Below are positions 55,201 through 64,000 of a stretch of DNA of 64,000 nt, piece after piece. A program made the position numbers and the translations under genes. The stretch lies in IMG/VR virus record IMGVR_UViG_3300021431_000014; one strand, written 5' to 3'. How positions within the stretch are numbered: position 1 is the stretch's first letter; each line of letters starts with the position of its first letter. The notes under the pieces are model-generated. The model was not told the origin of the DNA. It did not search any database and saw only the letters and a program-made list of their open reading frames with translations. This DNA is from an uncultured virus (IMG/VR IMGVR_UViG_3300021431_000014) (lineage: Duplodnaviria; Heunggongvirae; Uroviricota; Caudoviricetes).

Positions 55201-57289
55201 TAGTATTGTCACTGCATTTGGTGGCCAGACAGTTGGTGCGGCTTTGGCAGGTGCTATAGGCGGAGCAGTTAATAATGGTGCTGCTCAGGCAGCTGTAGGA
55301 TTATCTGCGTCCAGTTCTGGATTTTTAGCTTTAGCCGGTAAGTTTAGCGCGATATTAGCCGGATTATTTATTGGTTTTAAATTAACTAACGGTGATGTGT
55401 CTGCAATGGATAATTGGCAGGATGTAAATACACTAATTGCGGATACTTCTAAGGCATTAGATGCTTTAGGTCAGCAGGGTACTATAACATCTGAACAAAT
55501 GCAAACAGTATATAGTGCATTAGGGCAAGTACAGCAGAACGGTCTTACTACACAAGAAGCTGTTATGGTATTAGCAGAAGCATTTGCTCAAACCGGTATT
55601 AGTGGTGATGCGCTTAGAACAATATCTGAAGAGTTAGGACTTGGATTATCAGAAGTTGCTGTAATAACTGATACAATGTCATTCTCATATGATACATTAA
55701 AATCTAAATTGGCAGACGTAGCAGAAGCAAGCGGCTTTACTGATGCACAGTTTGCAGAATTATCAGCTGAAATAGATAGAAATAAAGAAGTCGGATTATC
55801 TTCACAAGAGTGGTACGATTTAATTATTACAAAACTTACAGATATGGGAGTAAGTACAGATGATGCTACAGCTATTATTAAAAAGTGCTTTCCGCAAATA
55901 AATACAGAATTTCAAAATACAAGTAAAGCGGCTACTGAAATGCACGACACTGTAAGTAAATCTGCTGTTGAAACCACTGATATGACAGTAACAGGTGTAA
56001 CTGATTCTACCGATGCATTAAATGATGCTTTAAGTGAAATAAATAAAGAGTCAAATAAAAACTTAGAAGATATTAATTCCAGTGTTACCACTAATATTTC
56101 AGATGCTAAAGATACTGCAATAAAGGATACAAAAACTATGAATACTGATATGACAAAGCAGTATTCTAGTCTTAGCAGTTCCGGAAATAAAGAATTTGGT
56201 AACTTAAATTCCAATGTTAAATCAAAATTAGAAGATATAAAACGAGATGCAAACACTAAAACTTCTGAATTGGCAAATCAATTACATCAACGATATACAA
56301 CTATAGGAAATACTTTGCCGAACCATTTTAAAAATATTGGTAGGGACATTGGTACTCATTTTGAAACTGTACCGGGTAATGTGTTATCAGCTATGAACTT
56401 GCCAAGTATCGTAATGACTTTTAGGGATGCCATGAACGGTATGGTTAATGTTAGTATAAATACTGCTTCTCAAATACATTCTGCTTTTTCATCCAAAGAT
56501 TGGAATAGTATTGGTAGAAATGTTTGTGAAGGTATTTTCAATGGTATTAGAGAAAGCCAACATTATCCTCTTACGTTAGCTTCTACGTTGGCAGAAAGTC
56601 TAAAATCAAACTTATCTGATACAGGCGGATACTGGTGGGTAGGTCATGACTTATGTTATGGAATTTATAACGGCATTATGTGGGGCTGGCAATGGTTGAA
56701 TGATGTTGTGCGAGATTTAGCTAATAGCTTATTAGACACAGCAAAATGGACATTGGGTATTGCTTCTCCATCAAAAGAATTTAAGTGGGTAGCTAAAATG
56801 ATTACAACTGGTTTAGCTGAAGGTATAGAAGATACAGGCGACTCGGCTGTTGATTCGGTAAATGAATTAGCTAAATCTCTTGTGGACGAAGCAGAATCCG
56901 CAAAGCCCGTTTTAGATTTTGGTATTAGTTTTGATGACGTACTTTCTAATTTTTCTGATTCTGTTTCTACAGAATTTGAAAATCTTATTACTAAATTAGA
57001 AACAATGGCAGATAACTTTACTGTTACATTACCCAGTGTTGTATCCGGTAGAGTTGTTCCTTATCAAAGCAGTGTATCTCAGAACAGAGAACAAAGTTTT
57101 ATTGATGAACTATTGAATGAATTAGACTATATTAATATGCACCAGTTAACAGCCGATGATATTGAATCTGTAATGGAAAGAACTGTCAGAGGATATGTTG
57201 AAAGCATTGGTTTCTATATCGGAGATGAAGATTTAGCTAGACATGTTAATAAAGGTAATGTAAAATTAAGTAGGAGGTTTAATGTATGA
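52295..57289 (+). CDS. tape measure protein
   Basis: 1664 aa, coiled-coil, LAGFDDV, IDW repeats, LGIASPSK. Confidence 0.9.
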   Translation: MAAVDGDVVLKVTLNADDAIKVANELQDDVENIITASKDNNVLKPFSDQLKEVLKRSENVKTQLTSMTERLQAIQGQMNTMRSNAGPNPQYEALQQQLNETTVKLESARDKAEQFRREMAALSQTKVTSLEFKTLESELSTVETRFNILNDSMENFLKRGGSKESPLFKSMQKDADILSQQIDDILQKVVDFPADKVEIAGTDSEEYKELEENLQIREEFIQHYEQSISDLSQKLQDMQRLGLDKADVTKTDEYKQLASEFNEVKTNAKAMTSTLDRVNGEMLQLSTSANQTNYAAERSARILHNLAIVGRAVSGTFNLLTRSVNWTLGLFKKFVNTTSQVVSNLAKMASSGIIGGIKRLGSAIANLNKHGNKNNDVFKKAFRMLLRYGLGVRSFYFLFRKLRKALTEGIGELSKAYEPLNSSMSNIKTALMDLRNSFAAAFAPIIQYVEPILTKFIMMISEAVTKVGMLIAALTGKQYAKLATTYQDYAKSLDKSTKSSSKNKKATEEQEEAAKELQRTLAGFDDVEILHEDKDKNNKSSTPDTDTDEEIPTLANIPVDDSINDFVKRLLDAWKNADFYEFGRILGEKIRDALNSIPWDAIKEGARKVAKSIATFLNGFLETPGLFDAIGKTLAEALNTAFEFLLQFAKSFHFDALGEAVGTTIKSALDNIDWPIIYDTFKYWGWGLAEALNRFLETPGLFSSLGTTLANAINAIFTGLYNFIITYNAGSIGGAIATFLNNALGNIDWPLIQATLSTLGEKLATEIKTFIEQANWEGPGGVGETIGNLFNTAVGFVFKFAEKDPFNGLGEKVAGALNTAMATAKSGWILLKQTIRRLFISALKELYNFSETFDFEGLGQEVSNTIQQALADKTLWEQACKTLYSWFHNIVKFLKTALPSEAQWKLLGTRIAELLDAVPWKEVLDLCLNALKDAFFGFFQGLGSTVAGKIVLGLIMFHVTTTMIIPFVNSIVTAFGGQTVGAALAGAIGGAVNNGAAQAAVGLSASSSGFLALAGKFSAILAGLFIGFKLTNGDVSAMDNWQDVNTLIADTSKALDALGQQGTITSEQMQTVYSALGQVQQNGLTTQEAVMVLAEAFAQTGISGDALRTISEELGLGLSEVAVITDTMSFSYDTLKSKLADVAEASGFTDAQFAELSAEIDRNKEVGLSSQEWYDLIITKLTDMGVSTDDATAIIKKCFPQINTEFQNTSKAATEMHDTVSKSAVETTDMTVTGVTDSTDALNDALSEINKESNKNLEDINSSVTTNISDAKDTAIKDTKTMNTDMTKQYSSLSSSGNKEFGNLNSNVKSKLEDIKRDANTKTSELANQLHQRYTTIGNTLPNHFKNIGRDIGTHFETVPGNVLSAMNLPSIVMTFRDAMNGMVNVSINTASQIHSAFSSKDWNSIGRNVCEGIFNGIRESQHYPLTLASTLAESLKSNLSDTGGYWWVGHDLCYGIYNGIMWGWQWLNDVVRDLANSLLDTAKWTLGIASPSKEFKWVAKMITTGLAEGIEDTGDSAVDSVNELAKSLVDEAESAKPVLDFGISFDDVLSNFSDSVSTEFENLITKLETMADNFTVTLPSVVSGRVVPYQSSVSQNREQSFIDELLNELDYINMHQLTADDIESVMERTVRGYVESIGFYIGDEDLARHVNKGNVKLSRRFNV

Positions 57290-57660
57290 ACATAGGACTT
57301 AAACCATTTAAAATTGACGGGGTAACAATACCTACCCCGTCATCCTACGATTTTGGTATCGAGGATTTATCCTCAGAACAAACAGGTCGTACTCTTGACG
57401 GAATCATGCATAAAGATGTTGTAGCCGTTAAAGATTATTATACAGTGACATGGAAAAAATTATCAGAAGATGATGCTGCACTTATACTAAATCTTGTTGA
57501 CGGCAAGACACAATTATCTTTTACGTATATAGACCCAAGACACCCGGCAGGTGTTGTTACAAGAGATTTTTATGTAGGTAAACGAAGCGGTAAAGCCATG
57601 AATTTACGTAACAGTAAGAATACATGGAATGATATAACAATGCAGTTTACAAGAATTTAA
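57286..57660 (+). CDS. distal tail-like protein
   Basis: TGRTLDG.MHKD.VA.K, FYVG; follows the tape measure gene. Confidence 0.7.
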   Translation: MNIGLKPFKIDGVTIPTPSSYDFGIEDLSSEQTGRTLDGIMHKDVVAVKDYYTVTWKKLSEDDAALILNLVDGKTQLSFTYIDPRHPAGVVTRDFYVGKRSGKAMNLRNSKNTWNDITMQFTRI

Positions 57661-57669
57661 GGTGAAAGT

Positions 57670-60348
57670 ATGAGAAATTTATCAAGTAAATTCAGACATG
57701 AAATGTATTATAACCACACATTTGATTGTCTAGCAGAAATCACCTTGGTTAATAATACAAAACTAACTTTAACGAATACAGAATTATGGACAGGTGGTTT
57801 TACACAGGACGATTCTGTTTCACAAGATAGTTCATTTACAGCATTAGGAGCTGCTGTAATAGGTTCTGCTTCTATTATAATCAACAATATGGATGAGTCA
57901 TATTCTGATTATGATTTTACAAATGCCGAAGTAGTATTGTCTTTGTCTAAGACATATAGTTATAACGGTAGCGATGTTGTAGAATCTATTCGTATGGGAA
58001 CATATGCTGTTGATGACACTGCTTATAACGGTGCTACTATTACATTATCTTTGATGGATAATATGGCACAGTTTGATAGACCATATACTACAAATTTATC
58101 TTATCCTGCCACATTAATTGATATCGTTGAAGATGCCTGCTTAAAATGTGGAGTACATTTAGCCACATTAACATTCCCACATGAAAACTATGAAGTACAA
58201 ACAAAGCCGGATAAAGATAATACCACTTATAGACAAGTATTAAGTTGGGCGGCAGCTATTGCAGGATGTTTTGCAAGATGTAATGCAGAAGGTAGACTTG
58301 AGTTAAAATGGTTTGATACTTCATTAATTGATTCACATAGCGAAGGATTAGACGGTGGCGAATTTGATTCTTCTAAACCCTATTCAACAGGCGATACTGC
58401 CAATGGCGGTTCATTTAATCCTTGGAATACTGGATATGTAATTGACGAAGGTTCGTTTGAAACGGTTAGAAAACTTCACTACTTAAACAGATTAACTTCT
58501 CAAAATATAGGAGTTGATGATGTAGTTATAACAGGTGTTAGAGTTGTCACAGAAATAGTGGATTCAACAACTAAACAACGTGAGGATAAAGCATACTTAG
58601 TCGGTACAGAAGATTATGTCATCGAATTATCTGGAAATGAATTTATAACTTCAGATACAGCAAATTCAGTTTGTACATGGTTAGGAAATCAATTAATAGG
58701 ACTACGATTTAGAAACGGTTCTGTTACACATATAAATGATCCGTCTATTGAAGCAGGGGATGTGGCCATTGTCGTAGATAGAAAAGGAAGAGAATATCCT
58801 TTTCTTGTTACACGTACATCATTTTCCGCAAGTGGAACTCAGACTACAGAGTGTAATGCAGAATCAGCTTCGCGGAATAGTGCAACACGTTTTTCACAGG
58901 CTACAAAAGCATATGTAGATGCTAGAAAGTTATTAAATAAAGAACAAACAATTAGAGAACAAGCTATACAGGATTTAGTAGATGGATTAGCATCTAAAAG
59001 TGGTTTATACTCTACTATAGAAACAACACAATCCGGTAATATATATTATTTACATGATAAACCGTTATTAGCAGATTCTAAGACAGTTTGGAAGATGACA
59101 GATAATGCATTTGGTGTTACTACTAATTATAACGGTAGTCATCCCGAACAAACGTCATGGAACGCTGGACTTACTGTTGACGGAACTTTAATTGCTCAAA
59201 TTATAGATACCATTACTATAAGTTTTAGTCGCGGTTATGGTGGAACATTAACGCTTGGTGGACAAAATAACGGCAATGGTGAATTGCGAGTTCTTGACGC
59301 AAACGGCAACGAAGTTGGCAGATGGAATAATTTAGGTATTCAACTACTCAAGGGCATCATAAACCTCGGAAGCGGCAATTTCACTGTGGATAACCAGGGC
59401 AATGTCAACATCCAAAAAGGCAGCATTGATATCGGAAACGGGCAGTTTGAGGTGGACAGCCGTGGCAATGTCACAGCCAAGTCACTTGTTGCCGATGACT
59501 ATGTTTATGTAGACGGTGACAACAATTCGTATATCAAAATTCCGTATACGGCATACAGTTCTTCCGGATATACAGAGGTATCAAGTGCCGGATTAAAAAC
59601 AGCTTTTTCGGGAGGAGCCGTACAAATAGGTACTCTCAAGACATGGAGTAGTGGTTACGGCACACAGTATCCGTCAGGAACAAGTGCCATACCGAATGTG
59701 TTGCTTACACAGGGCAATACATCGAACGAAGCCTGGAGGAACGATGTTTTTTGTAGCGGTATCGAACTGACTAAGGTAGCATACAATGAAGCAGTCAGAA
59801 ACCTCTGGCTCAGTAGTTACAAAATCGAATTGAATCAGGCCAGTGGATATTCAACAGGAAGTTTCGCATTTAGGGCATCATGTGCCGACAAGACTGTTGC
59901 TGTTGACGGTGATTTATCCGTAACGGGAACAAAAAATCGACTTGTCAGAACAGAAGATTATAGCGACAGACTCCTGTATTGTTACGAAACTCCGACACCG
60001 ATGTTCGGGGACATAGGCGAAGGCGAAATCGGAGAAGACGGCCTGTGTTATGTTGCAATAGACCCTGTGTTCTCCGAGACAATCACTACCGCTCAGTATC
60101 AGGTATCTCTGCAAAAGTACGGTGAAGGTGACTGCTATGTTAAAGAAAGAACAGGGAATTATTTTATTGTAAAGGGAACTCCTGGCCTGCTGTTTGGGTG
60201 GGAACTTAAAGCGAAGCAGTCGGGATATGAGCAACGAAGATTAGATGATATCAATTTTGTTAAACCGCAACAGGAAAAGCAAATCGACTACGGTGGTTTG
60301 GCAGTTGAACATATAGATGAGGTTAACAGCGAAAGGATGGTGGCATAA
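57670..60348 (+). CDS. tail tip / baseplate hub protein
   Basis: GRLELKWF, DPSIEAGD, beta-rich C-terminus, GTKNRLV...LYCYETPTPMFGDIG terminal module. Confidence 0.75.
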   Translation: MRNLSSKFRHEMYYNHTFDCLAEITLVNNTKLTLTNTELWTGGFTQDDSVSQDSSFTALGAAVIGSASIIINNMDESYSDYDFTNAEVVLSLSKTYSYNGSDVVESIRMGTYAVDDTAYNGATITLSLMDNMAQFDRPYTTNLSYPATLIDIVEDACLKCGVHLATLTFPHENYEVQTKPDKDNTTYRQVLSWAAAIAGCFARCNAEGRLELKWFDTSLIDSHSEGLDGGEFDSSKPYSTGDTANGGSFNPWNTGYVIDEGSFETVRKLHYLNRLTSQNIGVDDVVITGVRVVTEIVDSTTKQREDKAYLVGTEDYVIELSGNEFITSDTANSVCTWLGNQLIGLRFRNGSVTHINDPSIEAGDVAIVVDRKGREYPFLVTRTSFSASGTQTTECNAESASRNSATRFSQATKAYVDARKLLNKEQTIREQAIQDLVDGLASKSGLYSTIETTQSGNIYYLHDKPLLADSKTVWKMTDNAFGVTTNYNGSHPEQTSWNAGLTVDGTLIAQIIDTITISFSRGYGGTLTLGGQNNGNGELRVLDANGNEVGRWNNLGIQLLKGIINLGSGNFTVDNQGNVNIQKGSIDIGNGQFEVDSRGNVTAKSLVADDYVYVDGDNNSYIKIPYTAYSSSGYTEVSSAGLKTAFSGGAVQIGTLKTWSSGYGTQYPSGTSAIPNVLLTQGNTSNEAWRNDVFCSGIELTKVAYNEAVRNLWLSSYKIELNQASGYSTGSFAFRASCADKTVAVDGDLSVTGTKNRLVRTEDYSDRLLYCYETPTPMFGDIGEGEIGEDGLCYVAIDPVFSETITTAQYQVSLQKYGEGDCYVKERTGNYFIVKGTPGLLFGWELKAKQSGYEQRRLDDINFVKPQQEKQIDYGGLAVEHIDEVNSERMVA

Positions 60349-60352
60349 AAAC

Positions 60353-60556
60353 ATGAAAATTGTAACATCGGTGACAATTTGGAACGATGCAATAGGCAAG
60401 CGCATCAGTATTACTTATTCGGAAATTGACCCGGAAACAGGTAAGATTATTGCTGATAACAAACGTATTGACAGAATTATTACAGATACATCGGCAAAGA
60501 AACTTGCAGATGATTTACAAGCATATGCTCAAACATTTGTTGATTCTATTGAATAA
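60353..60556 (+). CDS. hypothetical protein
   Basis: 67-aa ORF in the tail module. Confidence 0.6.
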   Translation: MKIVTSVTIWNDAIGKRISITYSEIDPETGKIIADNKRIDRIITDTSAKKLADDLQAYAQTFVDSIE

Positions 60557-60568
60557 AGGAGGGCTTAT

Positions 60569-63500
60569 ATGGCTATCCAACATAGACGAGGTAATTATAG
60601 TGACTTCGACCCATCAAAAACAGTAGCAGGAGAATTTAATGTTGTTCAAAACGGTGACCCAATAGCATCTGATGGAGAAGCTGTATATATAGCTTTCCAA
60701 ACAGGAAAAGTAAAACGATTAGCAACGTATGATGAATTGCAGGATTATAATCAACGTTCTGAACAACTGTTAGAACAAGTAACAGAAAAGGCTACGGCAG
60801 TTAATCAGAATTATCAAAATACCGTAACTAAAGCAAATGAAGCGAGTCAATCTGCTACTGATGCGGCAACTGCAAAAACAGCAGCCGAGAAAGCAAAAAC
60901 TGATACACAAGCATTATTAGATAATGCACAAACAACTATACAAGAATATACTGATGATGCAAAAGCTGATTTACAAACAGCCGTTGACGAGGCTGATACT
61001 CATATAACACAAAGTAAAGAATCTGCTATAGCCGATATTGATGCTGAATATCAAGATAGAAAAGCTGAAATAGATGCTAAGATAGACCAAATTATTGCAG
61101 TAAAAACTTCAGCCGAAGAAATAGCAACTGAAGCCAAAAATAAAGCAGATGGTTTGGAATTGGATGTTGCTGAATTAGCAGGCAAAACTTCTAATCTTAC
61201 TACCAAAGTGAATAATTTACAATTCGATATGGATAGTAGTATTCACGGTTGGTATGTGGATATGCAGAAACGTCTTATCTTTACTGACGTTGACGGTAAT
61301 CCCATCGGCGAACCTATTGAAGGTATCGGCGGCGGTGGCGGAGGTGGGGGCGGCGGTTCTTCCACTAACGCTGAAATGTCAGCACAAAATACTACAGGTT
61401 GGATTAGTAAAAGTATATCAGCCGGTGATTCAATCAGTGTAAAGATTTTATGGTCATCTATTGAAAATGATTTACCTACAGGCAACGGTGTTGTAACGAT
61501 TAAAGTTAATAACTTAACAAGAGCAACATTTGAAGTTCCGCAAGGTGAGTTGACACTAAATCTTACTGAATATTTATCTGCGGGGACTAACAATGTAAAG
61601 ATAAGTGTAGCAGATATTTACGACCAGATAAGAACATTAGGCTTCAATATATCTGTATTAGACTTACGTATTACTTCAACATTTGACCCGTCAACAGTAT
61701 TTGAAGGTGCTATATCTGTACCTGTTACTCCTTACGGCGATGTTGAAAAAATATTGTATTGGGAACTTGACGGCACAGTTATTCACACTCAGAATACAAG
61801 CGCATCCGGCAGACAGATTACATATACTATTCCGGCACAAAGTCATGGAGCACATAAATTAAGATTATATTTTGAAGCAACCGTTAATAATCAAACTGTA
61901 CGTTCCAATGTTTTATATTATGAGTTTATATCTCTTGAAACATTAAATAACACACCGATTATTATTAGTCCGTTTAATACAACTGAAGTTAGTCAGTTTA
62001 CTATCGTTAATATACCGGCCACTGTCTATGACCCGCCAAACGCTACAACTACTGTTACAACATTTATAAATGATGTGCAGGCAGATAGATTCTCCGGTGT
62101 TGACAGAACAGAACATGTATATACTGTTAAAGCAAATGAAGTCGGTACATTAAAATTTGAAATTGCTTGCGGAAAAGTTAAAAAGACGTTCACATTAAAT
62201 GTAGTAGAATCTGAAATTCACGTAGAACCGGAAACTGATAATCTTGTATTATACTTATCTTCTTATGATAAGAGTAATGATAGAGAAGATAGAAATGAGT
62301 GGAAATACGAAGATATTACAACTACATTTACAGGTAATAACTATGTAACAGACGGTTGGATAGCTGATAATGAAGGTTTTGTAGCACGAAGATTTTCCGG
62401 TGATGCGAGAGGAACAATAAACCTTGAATTGTTCAAAAACGATTTTCGTAGAACAGGTAAAACTATTACTATTGAGTTTGCCGCAAGAGATGTATTAAAT
62501 TATGATACACCTATTATTTCTTGTATGAGCGGAGGTATAGGATTATCTATTACTCCTCAACGGGCTACATTGATGTCAGAACAATCTTCGTTAAGTACCC
62601 AGTATAAAGAAGATGAACATATAAGACTTGATTGGGTTATTGAGAAACGAAACGAACACAGAATAGGTCAAATGTATATTAATGGAATTTGTTGCGGAGC
62701 TATTCAGTATCCGGACGATGATGCGTTTTCACAAGCATCTCCCGTAAATATAAGTTTAGGTTCAAGTGATTGTGTACTGGATTTGTATTGTGTAAGAGTT
62801 TACGATAATAACTTATCCAGAATACAGGTTCTTAATAACTGGATTGCAGATACACCGGACGGCAATACAATGTTGAGAAGATATCAACACAATGATATTT
62901 ATGATGCATACGGTAATATTGTTATTTCTAAGCTCCCGAAAGACTTACCGTATTTAATTCTCGAAGGGCCGGAATTACCGCAGTCTAAAGGGGATAAAAA
63001 AACTATGTCGGGTAGTTATACTGACCCAATGTATCCGTCAAGGTCATTTACATTTATAAATGCCCAAGTAGATGTACAGGGTACTTCTTCACAGTATTAT
63101 CCGAGAAAAAATTATAAAGTTAAATTTAAAGGCGGATTCATTCTTCCAAACGGTTCCACAGTAAGCACTTATGCTATAAATAATGATGCTATTCCTACAA
63201 ATACATTTACGTTTAAAAAGGACTTTGCATCAAGTGAAGGTTGTAATAACGTTGAATTAGTAAGAACGTATGACGTTGTTTGTCCATACAAGACTCCGGG
63301 TCAGAAGTCAAATCCGAAAGTTAGACAGGGTATTGACGGTTTCCCGATTGTTATTTTCTGGCGAGATACTACAACTGATACAGTAAAGTTTGTCGGCAAA
63401 TATAATTTCAATAATGATAAGGGTACACCGGAAGTATTTGGATTTGTTGAAGATGATGAGTCTTGGGAAATCAAGAATAACACAGGTAATCGTGTTATTT

Positions 63501-63940
63501 GGAAAGATAATAATTATGCAGGTACAGCATGGCTCAATGACTTTGAAGCACGTTATCCGGATACTGACCCGCCGTATGAAAATCCTGCCCAGTTACAAGA
63601 ATTTGCAACATGGGCTATGACAACTGATACAACAGCGGCAACAGGAAACACATTGTCGGAACCGGTAACTTATCGTGTAAAAACTACCGAAATTGTAGAA
63701 CATATTGACCCGAATACAGGAGCAATTTCTTATGAAGAGGTAGAAGTAACAAAAGACGTTACATTTACTACAGACACAGCCGAATATAGACTTGCTAAGT
63801 TTAAAGACGAAGCAAGTAATTATATGGAAATGGATTCGGCGTTATTCTATTATTTATTCACTGAATTATTCTTAATGGTAGATAATAGAGCAAAGAACGC
63901 ATTTCCGTCATTTATAGGGGAGGCAGTGGTTACGGAATGA
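60569..63940 (+). CDS. large tail-associated protein: coiled-coil, poly-Gly, Ig/LamG-like region, N-terminal part of a CotH-like kinase
   Basis: VQGTSSQYYPRKNYK, GIDGFP, KYNFNNDK, YYLFTE..LMVDNRAKN. Confidence 0.7.
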   Translation: MAIQHRRGNYSDFDPSKTVAGEFNVVQNGDPIASDGEAVYIAFQTGKVKRLATYDELQDYNQRSEQLLEQVTEKATAVNQNYQNTVTKANEASQSATDAATAKTAAEKAKTDTQALLDNAQTTIQEYTDDAKADLQTAVDEADTHITQSKESAIADIDAEYQDRKAEIDAKIDQIIAVKTSAEEIATEAKNKADGLELDVAELAGKTSNLTTKVNNLQFDMDSSIHGWYVDMQKRLIFTDVDGNPIGEPIEGIGGGGGGGGGGSSTNAEMSAQNTTGWISKSISAGDSISVKILWSSIENDLPTGNGVVTIKVNNLTRATFEVPQGELTLNLTEYLSAGTNNVKISVADIYDQIRTLGFNISVLDLRITSTFDPSTVFEGAISVPVTPYGDVEKILYWELDGTVIHTQNTSASGRQITYTIPAQSHGAHKLRLYFEATVNNQTVRSNVLYYEFISLETLNNTPIIISPFNTTEVSQFTIVNIPATVYDPPNATTTVTTFINDVQADRFSGVDRTEHVYTVKANEVGTLKFEIACGKVKKTFTLNVVESEIHVEPETDNLVLYLSSYDKSNDREDRNEWKYEDITTTFTGNNYVTDGWIADNEGFVARRFSGDARGTINLELFKNDFRRTGKTITIEFAARDVLNYDTPIISCMSGGIGLSITPQRATLMSEQSSLSTQYKEDEHIRLDWVIEKRNEHRIGQMYINGICCGAIQYPDDDAFSQASPVNISLGSSDCVLDLYCVRVYDNNLSRIQVLNNWIADTPDGNTMLRRYQHNDIYDAYGNIVISKLPKDLPYLILEGPELPQSKGDKKTMSGSYTDPMYPSRSFTFINAQVDVQGTSSQYYPRKNYKVKFKGGFILPNGSTVSTYAINNDAIPTNTFTFKKDFASSEGCNNVELVRTYDVVCPYKTPGQKSNPKVRQGIDGFPIVIFWRDTTTDTVKFVGKYNFNNDKGTPEVFGFVEDDESWEIKNNTGNRVIWKDNNYAGTAWLNDFEARYPDTDPPYENPAQLQEFATWAMTTDTTAATGNTLSEPVTYRVKTTEIVEHIDPNTGAISYEEVEVTKDVTFTTDTAEYRLAKFKDEASNYMEMDSALFYYLFTELFLMVDNRAKNAFPSFIGEAVVTE

Positions 63941-64000
63941 GTATAAAGAAAAAAATTGTTTGGTTGCCATATGATATGGATACTGCAATCGGTATTAACA
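63937..64000 (+). CDS. start of the next ORF continuing the CotH-like domain (truncated by window)
   Basis: ATGA overlap; MSIKKKIVWLPYDMDTAIGIN. Confidence 0.6.
   Translation, partial: MSIKKKIVWLPYDMDTAIGIN

Noticed and set aside
61327..61359. GGC/GGT repeat tract
   Set aside because: Ordinary poly-glycine linker in a tail protein
90..63620. Other minus-strand and alternate-frame ORFs in the track
   Set aside because: Almost all overlap well-supported + strand genes or RNA genes and lack RBSs
1..64000. Stop-codon reassignment, DGR or integrase
   Set aside because: Genes are intact in the standard code with all three stops used; no suppressor tRNA, reverse transcriptase or recombinase motif was seen

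Overview
The window is 64 kb of a tailed dsDNA phage genome (siphovirus-type tail). AGGAGG ribosome-binding sites, sigma-A promoters, the GH25/CHAP lysin and A118-like head/tail genes point to a low-GC Gram-positive (Bacillota) host. Every credible gene is on the + strand. Gene order: (1) 0-32 kb replication, recombination and nucleotide metabolism: SNF2 helicase, initiator with iterons, DnaC, DnaB, primase, SSB, family-A polymerase, beta-clamp, DnaX/HolB/HolA clamp loader, RecA, RecU, Cas4-like nuclease, MazG, ThyX-like, NrdG, and a tRNA/ncRNA array; (2) 32-39 kb small early-type genes with repeated promoters and a 1-kb non-coding repeat region; (3) 39-64 kb packaging, lysis, head and tail. 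No integrase, repressor or CRISPR array is recognisable. Most notable: a four-gene candidate DNA sugar-hypermodification cassette directly after the polymerase (T4 alpha-glucosyltransferase-like, small partner, radical-SAM/SPASM, TAGT/GREB1-like transferase); three atypical tRNA-like RNAs (6-bp T stem, UGCAAAU T loop, enlarged anticodon region) associated with an array of other structured RNAs; three perfect host-type parS sites; rrn-like boxA elements in early leaders; a kissing-loop RNA upstream of the initiator; and a CotH-like kinase domain split across two ORFs. All protein calls come from motif recognition by eye, not from database searches.
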